Below are positions 1-12,100 of a stretch of 64,000 nt of DNA, in pieces. The stretch covers positions 40,982,001 to 41,046,000 of the forward strand of contig OY740785.1 in assembly GCA_963514005.1 (NCBI GenBank), in the 5' to 3' direction. The position numbers and the translations under genes are program-made. Positions within the stretch are counted from its first letter, which is position 1. Each line of letters starts with the position of its first letter. This DNA is from Raja brachyura (taxonomy: Eukaryota). A model generated the notes under the pieces. That model was not told the origin of the DNA, did not search any database, and saw only the letters and a program-made list of their open reading frames with translations.

Positions 1-342
1 ACATGCGCACTCAGCGTTATGAATGCGATAAAGACGTCTCCACTCTTCCTTCACATTAAGTGCCGCAGAGGGCCAGTGGATGAATTCCCAGGGAGTTCCT
101 ATAACAGTCCATTTGTATGGATCAGGTGGCATCGTGCTATTGTACACCAGCCACAAGCATATTTTCAAGGGGTTCCCTGTCTCAAAGTAATTACACGGTT
201 GATTCCCAGATAATGTGCTCCTGATGAGAAAAATAATGTCTTGGTCAGGAGATCACAAACCAACAGCCTTTGAATACATAAATAAACTGAATATAAGGTA
301 TCGTAGAACCGTGGTTTCCTGATCACTGCCTCGTGCAAACAT
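1..342 (-). other. Unassigned reading frame running off the window edge (decayed viral-glycoprotein-like ORF, or an exon at 220..1)
   Basis: Manual translation from ATG at 342: MFARGSDQETTVLRYLIFSLFMYSKAVGL*SPDQDIIFLIRSTLSGNQPCNYFETGNPLKICLWLVYNSTMPPDPYKWTVIGTPWEFIHWPSAALNVKEEWRRLYRIHNAECAC. One stop (TGA, 255-253) in 114 codons. An acceptor-like ttatttttctcatcag ends at 221. No family recognised. Confidence 0.25.
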
Positions 343-1034
343 TTCTCCTTCCTAGGAAAAACCTGAACACGGAATCAGGTGTAAAATGAGCCTACAACTT
401 TATATTTGAGCCAAAGAGGTCTCTGAGTACAGAATAATGGTCTGAACCCAATCTCATTTCCTTACGATGAGGATTAGCATCCAAATTAGGACTTCCTTTT
501 GTAAGGTAATGGGTATAAACTCATTTCCTGTAAGAGTCAAAGGTCAAACCCCAATGGAACTATTCTGTGACAGAATTTATTCGGCAGCCATTTAGTTTCT
601 TCCAGCAATGCCCAAAAAACTAGAGAAATGATGAAGCGATAACAAGTTGCTGAAAGCTATCTGTGACTGCAAACTCTGTTCAATGTAAGTAGTGCTATTT
701 GTATGTGAAAGCAGGAACAAGAGAACTGCCTCCTGAATCTGAGTTCCATTTTCCTTGAGAGCCCTGAACATTTTGTTGATATTCCAAATTTATTAGACCC
801 GTGCAAAGCAACCACTTCCATTCATTTTTAAGTGTCAGAGTGTCAAGGAGCCAGAGAACTACACAGCACAGAAATACGGCACTTGCCCCACTTGTCCATG
901 CCGATCTGGAGTTTTTTGAGGATGTAACTACTAGAATGGATAAAGAAGAGCCAGTGGATGTGGTGATCAAGTTGGTATATTGGGCAAACTCAATTTTCCT
1001 GTTTTTGGCCATAATTCCTTCCCAATCCGTTCTC

Positions 1035-1620
1035 ATAGAGCCATAGAGTGTCATAGAGTCATAGGTCATGGAAACAGCCCAACTTGCCCATGCCAACCAA
1101 CATGCCTCTCTTCACTAGTTCCACCTGCTTGTGTTTGGCCCATTTACCTACAAACCTTTTTCTATCCATATACCTGTCCAAATTACCTTAAACGCCATAA
1201 TTGTAACCATTTCTACAGCTTCCATTGGCAACTCATTCCAGATACCGAATAATACAATTGCCCCGGGGTCTTCTTAAATCACTGCTCCCTCACATTAAGC
1301 CTATGTCCTCTAGTTTATGAATCCTCCACCCTGGGCACGATTGTGATATTCACTTTATCCATGCTTCTAGTGATCTTGTTCACCTTGTTAAAGTCACCCC
1401 TCAACCTCCTATGCTCCAAAGCAAAAAGTGCCAGCCTATCCAACCTCTCCCTATAACTTCATACTGGTGAATCTCTTCTGCACCCTTTCCAACTTAATGA
1501 CTTCCTTATTTTGTGACCAGACTGCACAAAGTACTCCAAGCACTGTACTTGTACAGATGTGTCAAACTGTCCTAACTTTTGTACTCAGTATCCTTCTCAA
1601 TTAAGGAAAGCGTGCCATGA
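1035..1620 (-). mobile_element. Degenerate CR1-clade LINE 3' fragment
   Basis: Begins with the (catagagt)n tail complement, followed by a decayed reverse complement of the RT C-terminal region seen intact elsewhere in the window. Confidence 0.7.
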
Positions 1621-1819
1621 GTGGACCAATATATTTTGATTTGAGAATTCAAATTGAAGAGAATGAAAAGGGTTATAGGTGAACACAACTAAACCCACGT
1701 TATTACTCCAGTTCCTAACTGTGAAATATCAATCTGTGATCAAGGTGGTTGTCCTTCAATGTAAACCAAGCACTATTGGCACAGGTTGCATTGTTTCTTT
1801 CTGACTTACTGAATGTTAT

Positions 1820-2365
1820 CAGAGTCATAGAGCCAGCAAGGAAACAGGTCCTTTGGTCCATGCCAGTCAAGATGCTCCATCAAAGCCAATCTTACTTGCC
1901 TGTGTTTGGTCCATAACCATCTAAATCTTTCCATGTACCTGTCCAAATGACTCTGAAATGCTGTTATTGCACCTGCCTCAACTACTTCATCTGGCGTCTC
2001 ATTCCATTTGCCTATTGCCCTTTGTGTGTAAAAAAAGGGCCCTTGGGTTCCTATTAAATCATTTTCTTTTAATCTTAAACCCATACCCTCTGTTTCTTGA
2101 TTCCCCTACCTTGGGAAACAATGTGCATTCACCCATTTCTATTCCTCTCATGATTTTGTAAAGCTTTATAAAATCACCCCTCAACTTTCTGCCCTCAAAG
2201 CCATAAACTTCGAACCAGTCCAACAATTCCCAGTGGCTCATGCCCTCTAGTCCCGGCAATATCCTCGTCAATTTTCTCAGCATCCCTTCCCTCTTAATGG
2301 CATCTTTTCTTTTAGCAGGGTGACCTAAACTAGGAATAAAACCCCACACTCATTATAAGATCACC
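1820..2365 (-). mobile_element. Degenerate CR1-clade LINE 3' fragment
   Basis: ORFs 2059..2349 (LRGDFIKLYKIMRG...GESRNRG) and 1806..2084 (FYTQRAIGKWN...VVEAG) match the CR1 ORF2 C-terminus. Confidence 0.8.
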
Positions 2366-2910
2366 CTCATTTGGTTTCATTTTAAGAAATCAGAAACTAG
2401 TAAAAACTTGAGATTTTTAGAAACCATTCTGGCAGTAAGAATGTGTAGGAACTGCAGATGCTGGTTTACACTGAAGATAGACAGAAGTAATAGGTCAGGC
2501 AGCATTCTGGAGAAAAGGAATAGGATAGTGGAGTCAGGGGATTTGGGGAGAAGGCAGGAATGGGGCACTGATTGTGCATGATATGCCATGATCACATTGA
2601 ATGGCGGTGCTGGCTTGAAGGGCCGAATGGCCTACTCCTGCACCTATTTTCTATAGTATTGTCTATTGTGACATTTAGGATTGAGATCCTTCTTCAGACC
2701 CTTCCTTTTCATCAGCGATGTTTCCTGACCAGCTGAGTTACTCCAGTTTTTTGTGTCTATCTCCGGCAGTAAGAATATCATATTTGTTCAAACAGATGCC
2801 GGTGAATTATGGCTAAGTAGACTGAGCAGGCCATGAATACTTAATCTGAAAATATAATGCACCAATTCTGATATAAATACTTCAGAATTCCATTAATTTA
2901 AAAGAAGATG

Positions 2911-4221
2911 CTAGTATAGTGTGATATGGGTCCCAGCATCACACGGGAGGGCTGGTCCCCCAACCCAATATTCCACCTCTCCACCAATTCCAGTGGGGGG
3001 AGGGCTTTCTGGAGCGCTAGTATGGGTGTTGTGGGCTGAAGGGACTGGTTTCCAGAGGGCTAGTATGGACATTGTGGGCTGAATGGATTCTTGGGCTGGT
3101 GGCTCAGCCACTCAAGCCTATTGTGCTGGCAGCTCACTCACGACTCGTGGGCTGGCAGTTGACACAGCTACTCCTTGAAATTCCATTTTAAGCAGCGTGC
3201 AAGGCCGCCAAATTCAAGTGCAGTTTCTTACCAGTTCAAGCAGGGTGCAAGGCCACTAAAGACAGCGAGTTGTGACCTCTCCCTCCTCCATCTTGCAGAG
3301 ACTGAGCCACGCTAACACTTCTTGGTTTTATAGTCCCTCCCCCTCCTACCAGAAGGGGAGTGGCCTGCATGGCATGATTGACAGGAGAGAGAGTCTCAAC
3401 ATCTTTTAAACACTAATAACTCTTTTATTTTTTATCGATGGGATAAATCCTCGGCACCTGATGAGTGGAGGGGGACTCTGAGTAAGATGGCCAAAAGCCG
3501 TACTTGGTAGTGTATTTAAAAAAAAAATCAATATAAAGTGCAAACTGGAAGTGGTCAAGATTAGACTTTTAATTATATAGAAGGCAAGGCAACTTTAATT
3601 AGGCAAGGCAACTTTAATTAGGCAAGTCAACTTTAATTAGGCAAGACAGCTTTAGCATTCCCATCCCAAAGGCAACACAACTTTAGCATTTCCAAACCAA
3701 AGGCAACACAGCTTTAGCATTTCCAAACCAAAGGCAACACAGCTTTAACATTTCCAAACCCAAGGCAACACAGCTTTAACATTTCCAAACCCAAGGCAAC
3801 ACAGCTTTAGCATTTCCAAACCAAAGGCAACACAGCTTTAGCATTTCCAAACCACATTAAGGGCACTGACAGGTCAGTAAAACCACTCACAGTTTAATAG
3901 ACATGTGTTCAGTGTTATTCACAACTCAGACTGAGTGACATGACCCTCTCGCTCCCCCAACCTGCAGAGACTGACAGAGACACTCAACACTTCAGGGTTT
4001 TATAGTCCCTCTGGAAGGGGCGTGGCCTTCTGGAGAGAAATCTCAACATTTTTTAAACACTAATAACTCTTTTATTTTTCATCGATGGGAAAAATCCTCT
4101 TGTCCTGTGCAGCGGAGGGGGACTGAGTAAGATGGCCAAAAATCTCAGCCAAAAGTGGCGACGTTTTTCTAAAATCAAAATACAGAACAACAGGAAGTGA
4201 TTAGACTTTTAGTAATATAGA
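2911..4221 (-). mobile_element. Non-autonomous Helitron, copy 1
   Basis: Minus-strand 5' end TCTATATTACTAAAAGTC at 4221 and 3' end CTAG at 2911 (hairpin decayed). Homologous to 34014-36129 and 49769-49843. A second, internal 5'-terminus-like TCTATATAATTAAAAGTC lies at 3581. Confidence 0.8.
3582..3853 (+). repeat. Compound minisatellite inside the Helitron: 19-bp unit x3 grading into 31-bp unit x~6
   Basis: aggcaaggcaactttaatt x3, then caaaggcaacacagctttagcatttccaaac x~6. Confidence 0.9.
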
Positions 4222-4710
4222 TGTTGGTGAGGCCACATAATGTATTTCATTTTGGGCACCATGGTGTAGGAAAGATGTCAAGCTGGAAAGGGTGCAGAGA
4301 AAGCCTCGAGGGCCTGAGCTATAGGGAGAGGTTGAGCAGGCTAGGACTTTATTCCTTGGACCACAGGAGGATGTGGGGTGATCTTATAGAGGTCTATAAA
4401 ATCATGAGAGGGATAGATCGAGTAAACGCACATTAGTAAACAGAGGACAGTTTAAGGTGAGGGTGGGAAAGATTTAATAGGAACCTGAGGCGTAACATTT
4501 TTACACAAAGAGTGATGATTGTACGGAAAAAAAACTGGTGAAGGAGGTAGTTGAGGCAGGTAATATTGCAATGTCTAAGAAACATTTAGATGGGTACATG
4601 GATTAGATACGTTTTGAGGGATATGGTCCAAATACAGGTAAGTGGGACTAGTTTGGGTGGGGAATGGTAGTCGGTGTGGACAAGTGGGCTGAGGGCTTGT
4701 TTCCATGCGG
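4222..4710 (+). mobile_element. Older CR1-clade LINE 3' fragment
   Basis: LVRPH...LSYRERLSRLGLYSL...GDLIEVYKIMRG. Confidence 0.8.
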
Positions 4711-4724
4711 TATGATAGGAAAAC

Positions 4725-5515
4725 AGGAAAATAGGAAAACAGACTATTATCTAAATGGAGGCCGAATAGGAAAAGGGGAGATGCAGCGCGACCTGGGTGT
4801 CATGGTACACCAGTCAATGAAAGTAGGCATGCAGGTACAGCAGGCAGTGAAGAAAGCGAATGGTATGTTAGCTTTCATAGCAAAAGGATTTGAGTATAGG
4901 AGCAGGGAGGTTCTACTTCAGTTGTATAGGGTCTTGGTGAGGCCACACCTGGAGTATTGCGTACAGTTCTGGTCTCCAAATCTGAGGAAGGACATTATTG
5001 CCATAGAGGGAGTGCAGAGAAGGTTCACCAGACTGATTCCTGGGATGTCAGGACTGTCTTATGAACAAAGACTGCATAGACTCGGTTTATATTCTCTAGA
5101 ATTTAGGAGATTGAGAGGGGATCTTATAGAAACTTACAAAATTCTTAAGGGGTTGGACAGGCTAGATGCAGGAAGATTGTTCCCGATGTTGGGGAGGTCC
5201 AGGACAAGGGGTCACAGCTTAAGGATAAGGGGGAAATCCTTTAGGACCGTGATGAGAAGGAATTTTTTCACACAGAGAGTGGTGGGTCTCTGGAACTCTC
5301 TGCCGCAGAGGGTAGTTGAGGCTAGTTCATTGGCTATATTTAAGAGGGAGTTAGATGTGGCCCTTGTGGCTAAGGGGATCAGAGGGTATGGAGAAAAGGC
5401 AGGTACAGGATACTGAGTTGGATGATCAGTCATGATCATATTGAATGGCGGTGCAGGCTCGAAGGGCCGAATGGGCTACTCCTACACCTAATTTCTATGT
5501 TTCTATGAATCTATG
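4725..5515 (+). mobile_element. Young CR1 (HER1-like) LINE, 5'-truncated ORF2 C-terminus and 3' UTR
   Basis: Open frame QRDLGV...LVRPHLEYCVQFWSP...FFTQRVV; (tttctatg)n tail; nearly identical to 40580-41364. Confidence 0.95.
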
Positions 5516-7324
5516 AATCGATGACAAGGTGAAATTCACACTGTAGTATCCCTTAACCTTTGTGAACAGTTTTCTTTGAGAAATCAGGAGTGAGCTACAT
5601 CAACTATGAACTAACCACACTAAGAAAATCATTTTCTTCTTTCACCCTTCAGAATGAGTAAATGACATACTTCTTGTTCATTAATATTTTGCTGAAAATG
5701 TTTCTGCTTATTAAATTGGCTTCATAGAGTGCTATGTGTGTGCTGTACAGTCAGAGGTGTTATATTTGGAAATGAAGCAATGAACTTAAGCCATGTCCAT
5801 TATTTCAAATGGAATTTGTAATGTCTTCACAAATGCATTGAGGCACAGCATATTAACTCAATGGACTAGTGGTTTATTTTCCATGGTAGAATGCTATCCT
5901 ATTTACATGATGAGTTCTTAAGTTGTTGGTGCAGAAATGTTTATCTCTGTGACATTGCTAAATTATTGAGGACAAGGTGAACCAATGTTTCTCCTATCTC
6001 CTATCCGACAAGGATCTTAGTATGTACACACATATACATGCACAAACAAATGTCCATGCTTAAATAATGTCAAGAATCCCATGGCACTATTTTGAAGAAA
6101 TCTTTAAACCACCATCAATGTCACAAAATTAAACTGGATATAACATTCTGCAGGTTGTCTCCAGATTGGATGTTGAATTATTTCAACTACAATACTCACT
6201 TACATATCAGAAGCATTTTGTGGGTTTTAATGGCATTGATGTACCTTGCGAATGCAAAAGAAATACTGAAAGCAATCAAAGCCTTTATTTTCAATGGGCC
6301 ATTCAGAGCAAACATGCTTAACCAGCAAGTGATGATCTTGTGGAAACTGTTACCATAGTGATTAGTTGAGGGAAATACTAAAGATCCGTTTAAGGGAAAG
6401 CTTGAAGAACACATGAGAGAGAAAGAAACAGGTTATGCTGATAAGATTGGATGGAGAGGTGTGGGAGAATGAGCACCTGAAGTATAGAACAGCTGAGCAA
6501 GATAGTTTTGTTTCTCTCGTGCGCATTGCATGTAATTTTTTGTAATTTCTAAATTAATTAATAACGGATCCATCTTCATAAGCAAAAGTCAGTTTTCTAT
6601 TATAATAACATTATTTGCAGAGCACTTCAAAATTGATTGTTGAAAAGCTTGACATTAAGCCAGAGTTTGCTTTTCAGAATGAAGAAATGGATTTAATCCT
6701 CCAGTGAGTGGAAGTTTTAAATTAAGTCCAATAAAATGCGAAGCGGTTTGTTTCTCTGCTTACTGAGCTGACACTTTCACTGAGAGACAGATGAATGGAG
6801 TGATCGATCAAAATAGTTTTTTTTCTCTGCTCTGGTGAATACATTGTTCAAATCAATAGAAGCAGGTGAGCCAGGAACTGAAGCAAAAAGGTTTTCTTCC
6901 ACATAATATTTGGATACTGCAGTCAATTGAGGTGGAATCCTAAAATTCACTTCATTCAACATAGTGGACAAGAACAATCACACACAGAATGATCGAAAGG
7001 CCACAATGGATACAAGGTCATGAAATGGTAAATGGTAAATATTTTATTATCAGTTCTAATTACAATTGTGGATTGTGAAGCATTTAATAAACCATTTAAT
7101 ATTTACTGGTTAAAATGTCAAACAGTTTTATGAAAAATTTTAAGGAATTTGTATTCGACATGTCTGGTGACCAAATGAACAGAAGGTGGGTGGAAGGATT
7201 ACAAGAGATCCTGAAACTCACTAATATTCATAACATTCACAGCTTTGTCAGCTCTGTCAAGAACATCTTTAGCACAAATACTTATGAGGCCAACTAGCAG
7301 TAAATTGTGAATAGGCGAGAGGGA

Positions 7325-7634
7325 GGCAGTCTATGCCCAAATGAATGAGCACCTTCCCCATGACTGTCCTCGACAAAAGTGTCCATGGCTTTAATCCACA
7401 GCAGGTTATCTAGACCAATCTCATCACTGTCCTGGACTAACATGAGGTTGACAACGGTAATGTGCCAACTGAAAAAATAACAAAACCTCAGGTTCAGCTG
7501 TATCCCTACAATCGTTCTAAAACATCACTCACAGATTCATAACCACATTTCCCACATCTGGGAAAAAGAGCATATGCAAGGGGACCTCAGAAATGCTGTG
7601 ATTGTAACTGTCTCCAATTGTGGCAACTCTACAG
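7325..7634 (+). mobile_element. Degenerate RTE-like LINE fragment, host of the insertion at 7635
   Basis: IWEKEHMQGDLRNAVIVT followed by CGNYRGIS-like sequence that is split by the insertion. Confidence 0.5.
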
Positions 7635-8428
7635 TTATTCCACTAGGGGCGCCACACTGACGGCAGCCTCTGCCTACAGCCTGTTCGTTTTTTCAATCTT
7701 TTTAAAATTTTTAGTTAGTTTAATGTCTGTTTTAGGGGAAAACTTTAACTTTTCTATGTGGGGGAGGGGGGCAGGGTAAGGGGGAAACTGTTTTCCAGTC
7801 GCTTCCTGGCGGGAACGCGACTATTTCTCCGAGTTGCGTCCTCGCCCCCCCTCCTCGCGGCCTACTACCTGGATCTGAGCGGCCTTTCCTGCTGGGGACT
7901 GGGAACCGGACCAGAGCTGCAACAACGGCAGCGCAGTGCAGAATTCATCGCGGAACTGCGGCTTGGGAGAGCTCTGACCGTTATTGTGGTGTCCTGGGGC
8001 CCTTTGCCGAGGGCCGCCAGCACTGCATCTCCGCCCAGCTCTGTCTGTGGACTTTGGGAGCCGTGGACTCTGGTAGGAGGTGGCCGACTCTGATGTCCAA
8101 GCCGTTGAGGATGTCCCCCAGCCCCGACGTCGGACTTACATCACCCCGGCGAGCGGGCCTGAATACCGGGTCGTTCGTAGCGGCAACTGCGGAGGGCTTG
8201 GGGAGGCCCCAACCACGGGTGAACAGTGGGGAACATTTGAGGAAGATGACTGACTTTGGTGCCTTCCCTCACAGTTGGAAACTTTGATTCTGCTGTGTGG
8301 GGATGTTTTATGTTGAACTCTGTCATGTGTTGTGTTCTTTACTTTTATTGTATGGCTGTATGGTCATCGCATTTCACTGTGCCATCTGGCATATGTGACA
8401 AATAAATGTATCTCGTATCTTGTATCAT
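7635..8428 (+). mobile_element. ~800-bp non-coding retroposon (SINE-like) with a Rex1-like 3' end, copy 1
   Basis: Starts tccactaggggcgcc and ends catatgtgacaaataaa plus a (tgtatc)n tail; probable TSD tacag; homologous to 16919-17785. Confidence 0.75.
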
Positions 8429-8639
8429 GTACAGAAGGGTCTCCAGGCAATTGGGCACAGGGAAAGGCAATATTAGGGACCTTCTCAATTGTCCCCACCC
8501 AGTGACTATAGAGCTGCCCCCTATAATGTTGTGTGGATTCTGTCCATCTGGAGATATATGCCTACGTTCTTCACTGCTATTCAATTTCAAAAGATATGCA
8601 GGAGATAGCATTAACCTTTATTTCCTTCCCCTTTTCCTC

Positions 8640-8990
8640 CTTCCCCCTTCCCTCCGCTGTGTCCCACCTAGATGTTCGCCGATCTTTCCATCCACTCACA
8701 CACACCCCCCCTCCCCCCCCTTCCTCTATCTGGCTGTACAATCCATCCCTTCAAACCTGTTTCACACCTTCCTTTCACATCCCTGGGCTCTGTTCCAATC
8801 ATCTACCTATCAAGAACCCACCTCACCTGTGTCGACTTATGCCATTCTTAACCATCCTTTCCCTTGTTCCAGCTTTCCTCTCTGCCCCTCCTCTTCCCTC
8901 ATCTTCAGTCTGAAGAAGGGTTCCAACCTGAAACGTTACCTATCCCTGTTCTACAGTGAGTCTGTCTGGCCAGCAAGTTACTCCAGCAAT
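8640..8990 (+). mobile_element. Penelope-like element (PLE) pLTR-derived fragment
   Basis: Pyrimidine-rich tract followed by agtctgaagaagggttccaacctgaaacgttacc, as at the PLE end near 22200. Confidence 0.7.
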
Positions 8991-9149
8991 GGTGTTCTTT
9001 TATTTTTTGACAATTTTGATAATCTATTCAGACCTCACAAAACACTTAGTTCTTTCTACTGAAAGTAGAAGAGCCTTCTCAAATTTGCTGCTCTCAAAAT
9101 GTTATCTTTATTTTACATTTGTTATATGATTGTACTTAAATCATCATCT

Positions 9150-9370
9150 GTGGAATTCTCTGCCACGGAAGGCAGTGGAGGCCAATTCATTGGATGTTTT
9201 CAAAAGAGAGTTAGATTTAGCTTTTAAGGCTAACGGAATCAAGGGATATGGGGAAAAAGCAGGAACTGGGTACTGATTTTAGATGATCAGCCATGATCAT
9301 ATTGAATGGTGGTGCTGGCTCAAAGGGCCGAATGGCCTACTCCTGCACCTATCTTTCTATGTTTCGATGT
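9150..9370 (+). mobile_element. CR1 3' end fragment
   Basis: tggaattctctgcc...gatcagccatgatcatattgaatgg...tttctatg tail. Confidence 0.85.
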
Positions 9371-9984
9371 TAACCAAAGTGTTCAAAAGAGACCCAGTCT
9401 CAATGTAAACCCGAGTCAAACAAGGGTGCATTATCATTACAATGCTTTTCTCAGTCTTTCTCACCACAATAGTGCACCTCAACTTCTACAAGATTATCTC
9501 TTCCTGAAGTTGAGATAATCTACAAAACAAATGAGGAACTGTTCAAATCACGTCAACTCGACATTTAAAACAGCAATGTGAGTTGGAAGGAACTGCAAAT
9601 GCTGGTATATACGAAAGACATACACAAAGTGCTGCTATACCCAGTGGGTCAGGCAGCATCTCTGGAGAAAAGGGGATGGGTGACGTTTCGGGTTGGGACC
9701 CTTCTTCAGACTCAGCTATACAGGTAATGCTTTTGCATGCAAATGCTTAGAGGCTGACCTCCAAAGAATTGTCCATTTTTTTACTGAAGTATGTTTGAGA
9801 ATGGGGCTTCCAATAATCCCCCACTAAACAATGGACCTGTATCAACCTGCCACCTTATGTAACACAAGGCCCTTAATAATAAAGGACCATGATCAGAACC
9901 CACAGAGAATATCTCATGAGCAACTTCTTAACACCCAGGTAAATATTGATAATTAGACCATCAAACAGCAGTCGGTAGGTTGGG

Positions 9985-12100
9985 GATAGCATCACGCAGG
10001 AAATTAGGGATGCGAGTAGCAAAGGTACAGCAATTATCATGCGTGACTTTAATCTACATATAGATTGGGCCAACCAAAATGGTAGTAGTGCTGAGGAGGA
10101 GGATTTCCTGGAATGTATACGGAATGGTTTTTTAAACCAATATGAAGAAGAACCGACTAGAGGGCGGGCCATCCTAGACTGGGTATTGTGCAATGAGGAA
10201 GGATTAGTTAGCGAACGTTGTACAATGCCCCCTGGGCAACAGTGACCATAATATGGTGGAATTCTGCATTGGGATGGAGAGTGACATGGTTAATTGAGGG
10301 ACTAGGGTCCTGAACTTAAAGAAAGGAGCCATTGAAAGTATGAGCTGGGAATTGGCTAGGATACACTGGCAAATTATACTTAAAGGGTTGATGGTGGAGA
10401 TACAATGGCAAAGATATAAAGACCGCACTGATGAACTCCAAAAAGTGTTTCATCCCTGTCTGGCGAAAAAATAAAAAGGGGAAGGCGGCTCAACCGTGGC
10501 TAGCGATCGAAATCAAGGATAGTATTAAATCCAAGGAAAAGGCATATAAATTGGCCAGAGGAAGCATCAAACTGGAGGACTGGGACATTTAGAACTCAAC
10601 AAAGGAGGACAAAGGGGTTAATTAAGAAGGGGAAAAAAGAGCATAAAGAAAGCTTGAGGGGAATATGTAAATGGAAATATGTAAAAAGAAAAAGATTAGT
10701 GAAGACAAATGTAGATCCCTTACAATCAGAGACAAGTGAATTTATAGTGGGACCAAGGAAATGGCAGAACAGTTAAGCAAGTGCTTTGGTTCTGTCTTCA
10801 CTAAGGAAGACAAAAAACAATCTATCAGGAATATGAGGGGACCGAGGATCTAGGAAGGAACAGAAGGGAATCCACATTAGTCAGGAAATGGTGTTAAGGG
10901 CCTGTCCCACCAGCATGCAACTCTATGCGATTAGCGCGACCTAACGTGGTCGCTTGAGCCGTCCGGCGTCGCGGGGCCAGTCCCACTTCGATCGCCGGAG
11001 CCGTGCGGAACTGTGCAGAGTTCGTCCCGAGTTCGTCTCGACACCGCGCGGGGCTCCGAAAAACTGACTATGTCCAAAAATCCCGCGCGGCAACGGCTTG
11101 TCGGCTCGCAGTTGCCTCGACATTTACACACCCTCCCGACATCGTGCCTCCGTGAACCTATTTGTAAGTTCCTCCGTGACCCTCTATGTGTGTGGCTCTG
11201 TGGCCCTGTGTGTGTGTGTGCCTCGGTGCACCTCTCTGTGTGCCCCTCTCTGTCCTGGCGAACTTACCTTAGACTTCGCTCCAAGTTCGCCTCACTTTGC
11301 GCCGCGTTGCGCCACTCACCCGGCCTCCGCATGGCCCCTACTGCCGGTTTGGTTGCGCTTGCCGCATGCAGGCGCATGCTGGTGGGAACGGCCCTGTACA
11401 GGGGATCACCCGACCTCCGCGCGGCTCCCGCTTCTAGTTTGATCGCGTTCATCGCATAGAGTTGCATGCTGGTGGGACAGGCCCTTTAGGTAAGCTGTTG
11501 GGACTGAAGGCAGATAAATCCCCAGGGCCAGACGGTCTGCATCCCAGAGTACTCAAGGAGGTGGCCTTAGAAATCGCGGATGCATTGGTGATCATTTTCC
11601 AATGTTCTCTCGACTCTCGATCTGTTCCTGTGGAAGATAGAAGATGGAAGATTGGAAGATAGCCAATGTAACTCTACTTTTTAAGAAAGGAGGGAGAGAG
11701 AAAAACAGAGAATTATAGTCCAGTTAGCCTCACTTCGGTAGTGGAGAAGATGCTTGAGTCAATTGTTAAATATGTTATAGCTGCACATTTGGAAAGCAGT
11801 GACAAGATCGGTCAAAGTCAGCATGGATTTATGAAGGGGAAATCATGCTTGACTAATCTTCTGGAATTGTTTGAGGATGTAACAAGTAGAATGGATAAGG
11901 GAGAAGCAGTGGATGTGGTGTATCTGGACTTTCAAAAAGCCTTTGACAACGTCCCACACAAGAGATTAGTGTGCAAAATTAGAGCACATGGGATTGGGGG
12001 TAAGGTATTGACATGGATAGAGAACTGGTTGACAGACAGGAAGCAAAAACGGGTCCTTTTCAGAATGGCAGGCAGTGACTAGTGGGGTGCTGCAAAGTTC
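9985..12100 (+). mobile_element. Degenerate CR1 ORF2 (APE endonuclease C-terminal half to RT N-terminal half), interrupted by a MITE
   Basis: DFNLHIDW...PTRGRAILDWVL; KSPGPDGLHPRVLKE; QHGFMKGKSCLTNL; YLDFQKAFD. Confidence 0.9.
10897..11485. mobile_element. PIF/Harbinger-type MITE 1
   Basis: Perfect 35-bp TIRs AGGGCCTGTCCCACCAGCATGCAACTCTATGCGAT; TTA TSD (10894-96 and 11486-88); removing it restores the CR1 sequence; CpG-rich, so probably young. Confidence 0.93.

Noticed and set aside
323-840. Possible upstream viral gene in frame with ORF 695..1096
   Set aside because: Six stops in ~160 codons is about the random expectation, and no motif was recognised.
7640-7653. CTCF-like ccactaggggcgcc at the start of both SINE-like copies
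   Set aside because: One base short of the CCACYAGRKGGC spacing, so not a proper match.
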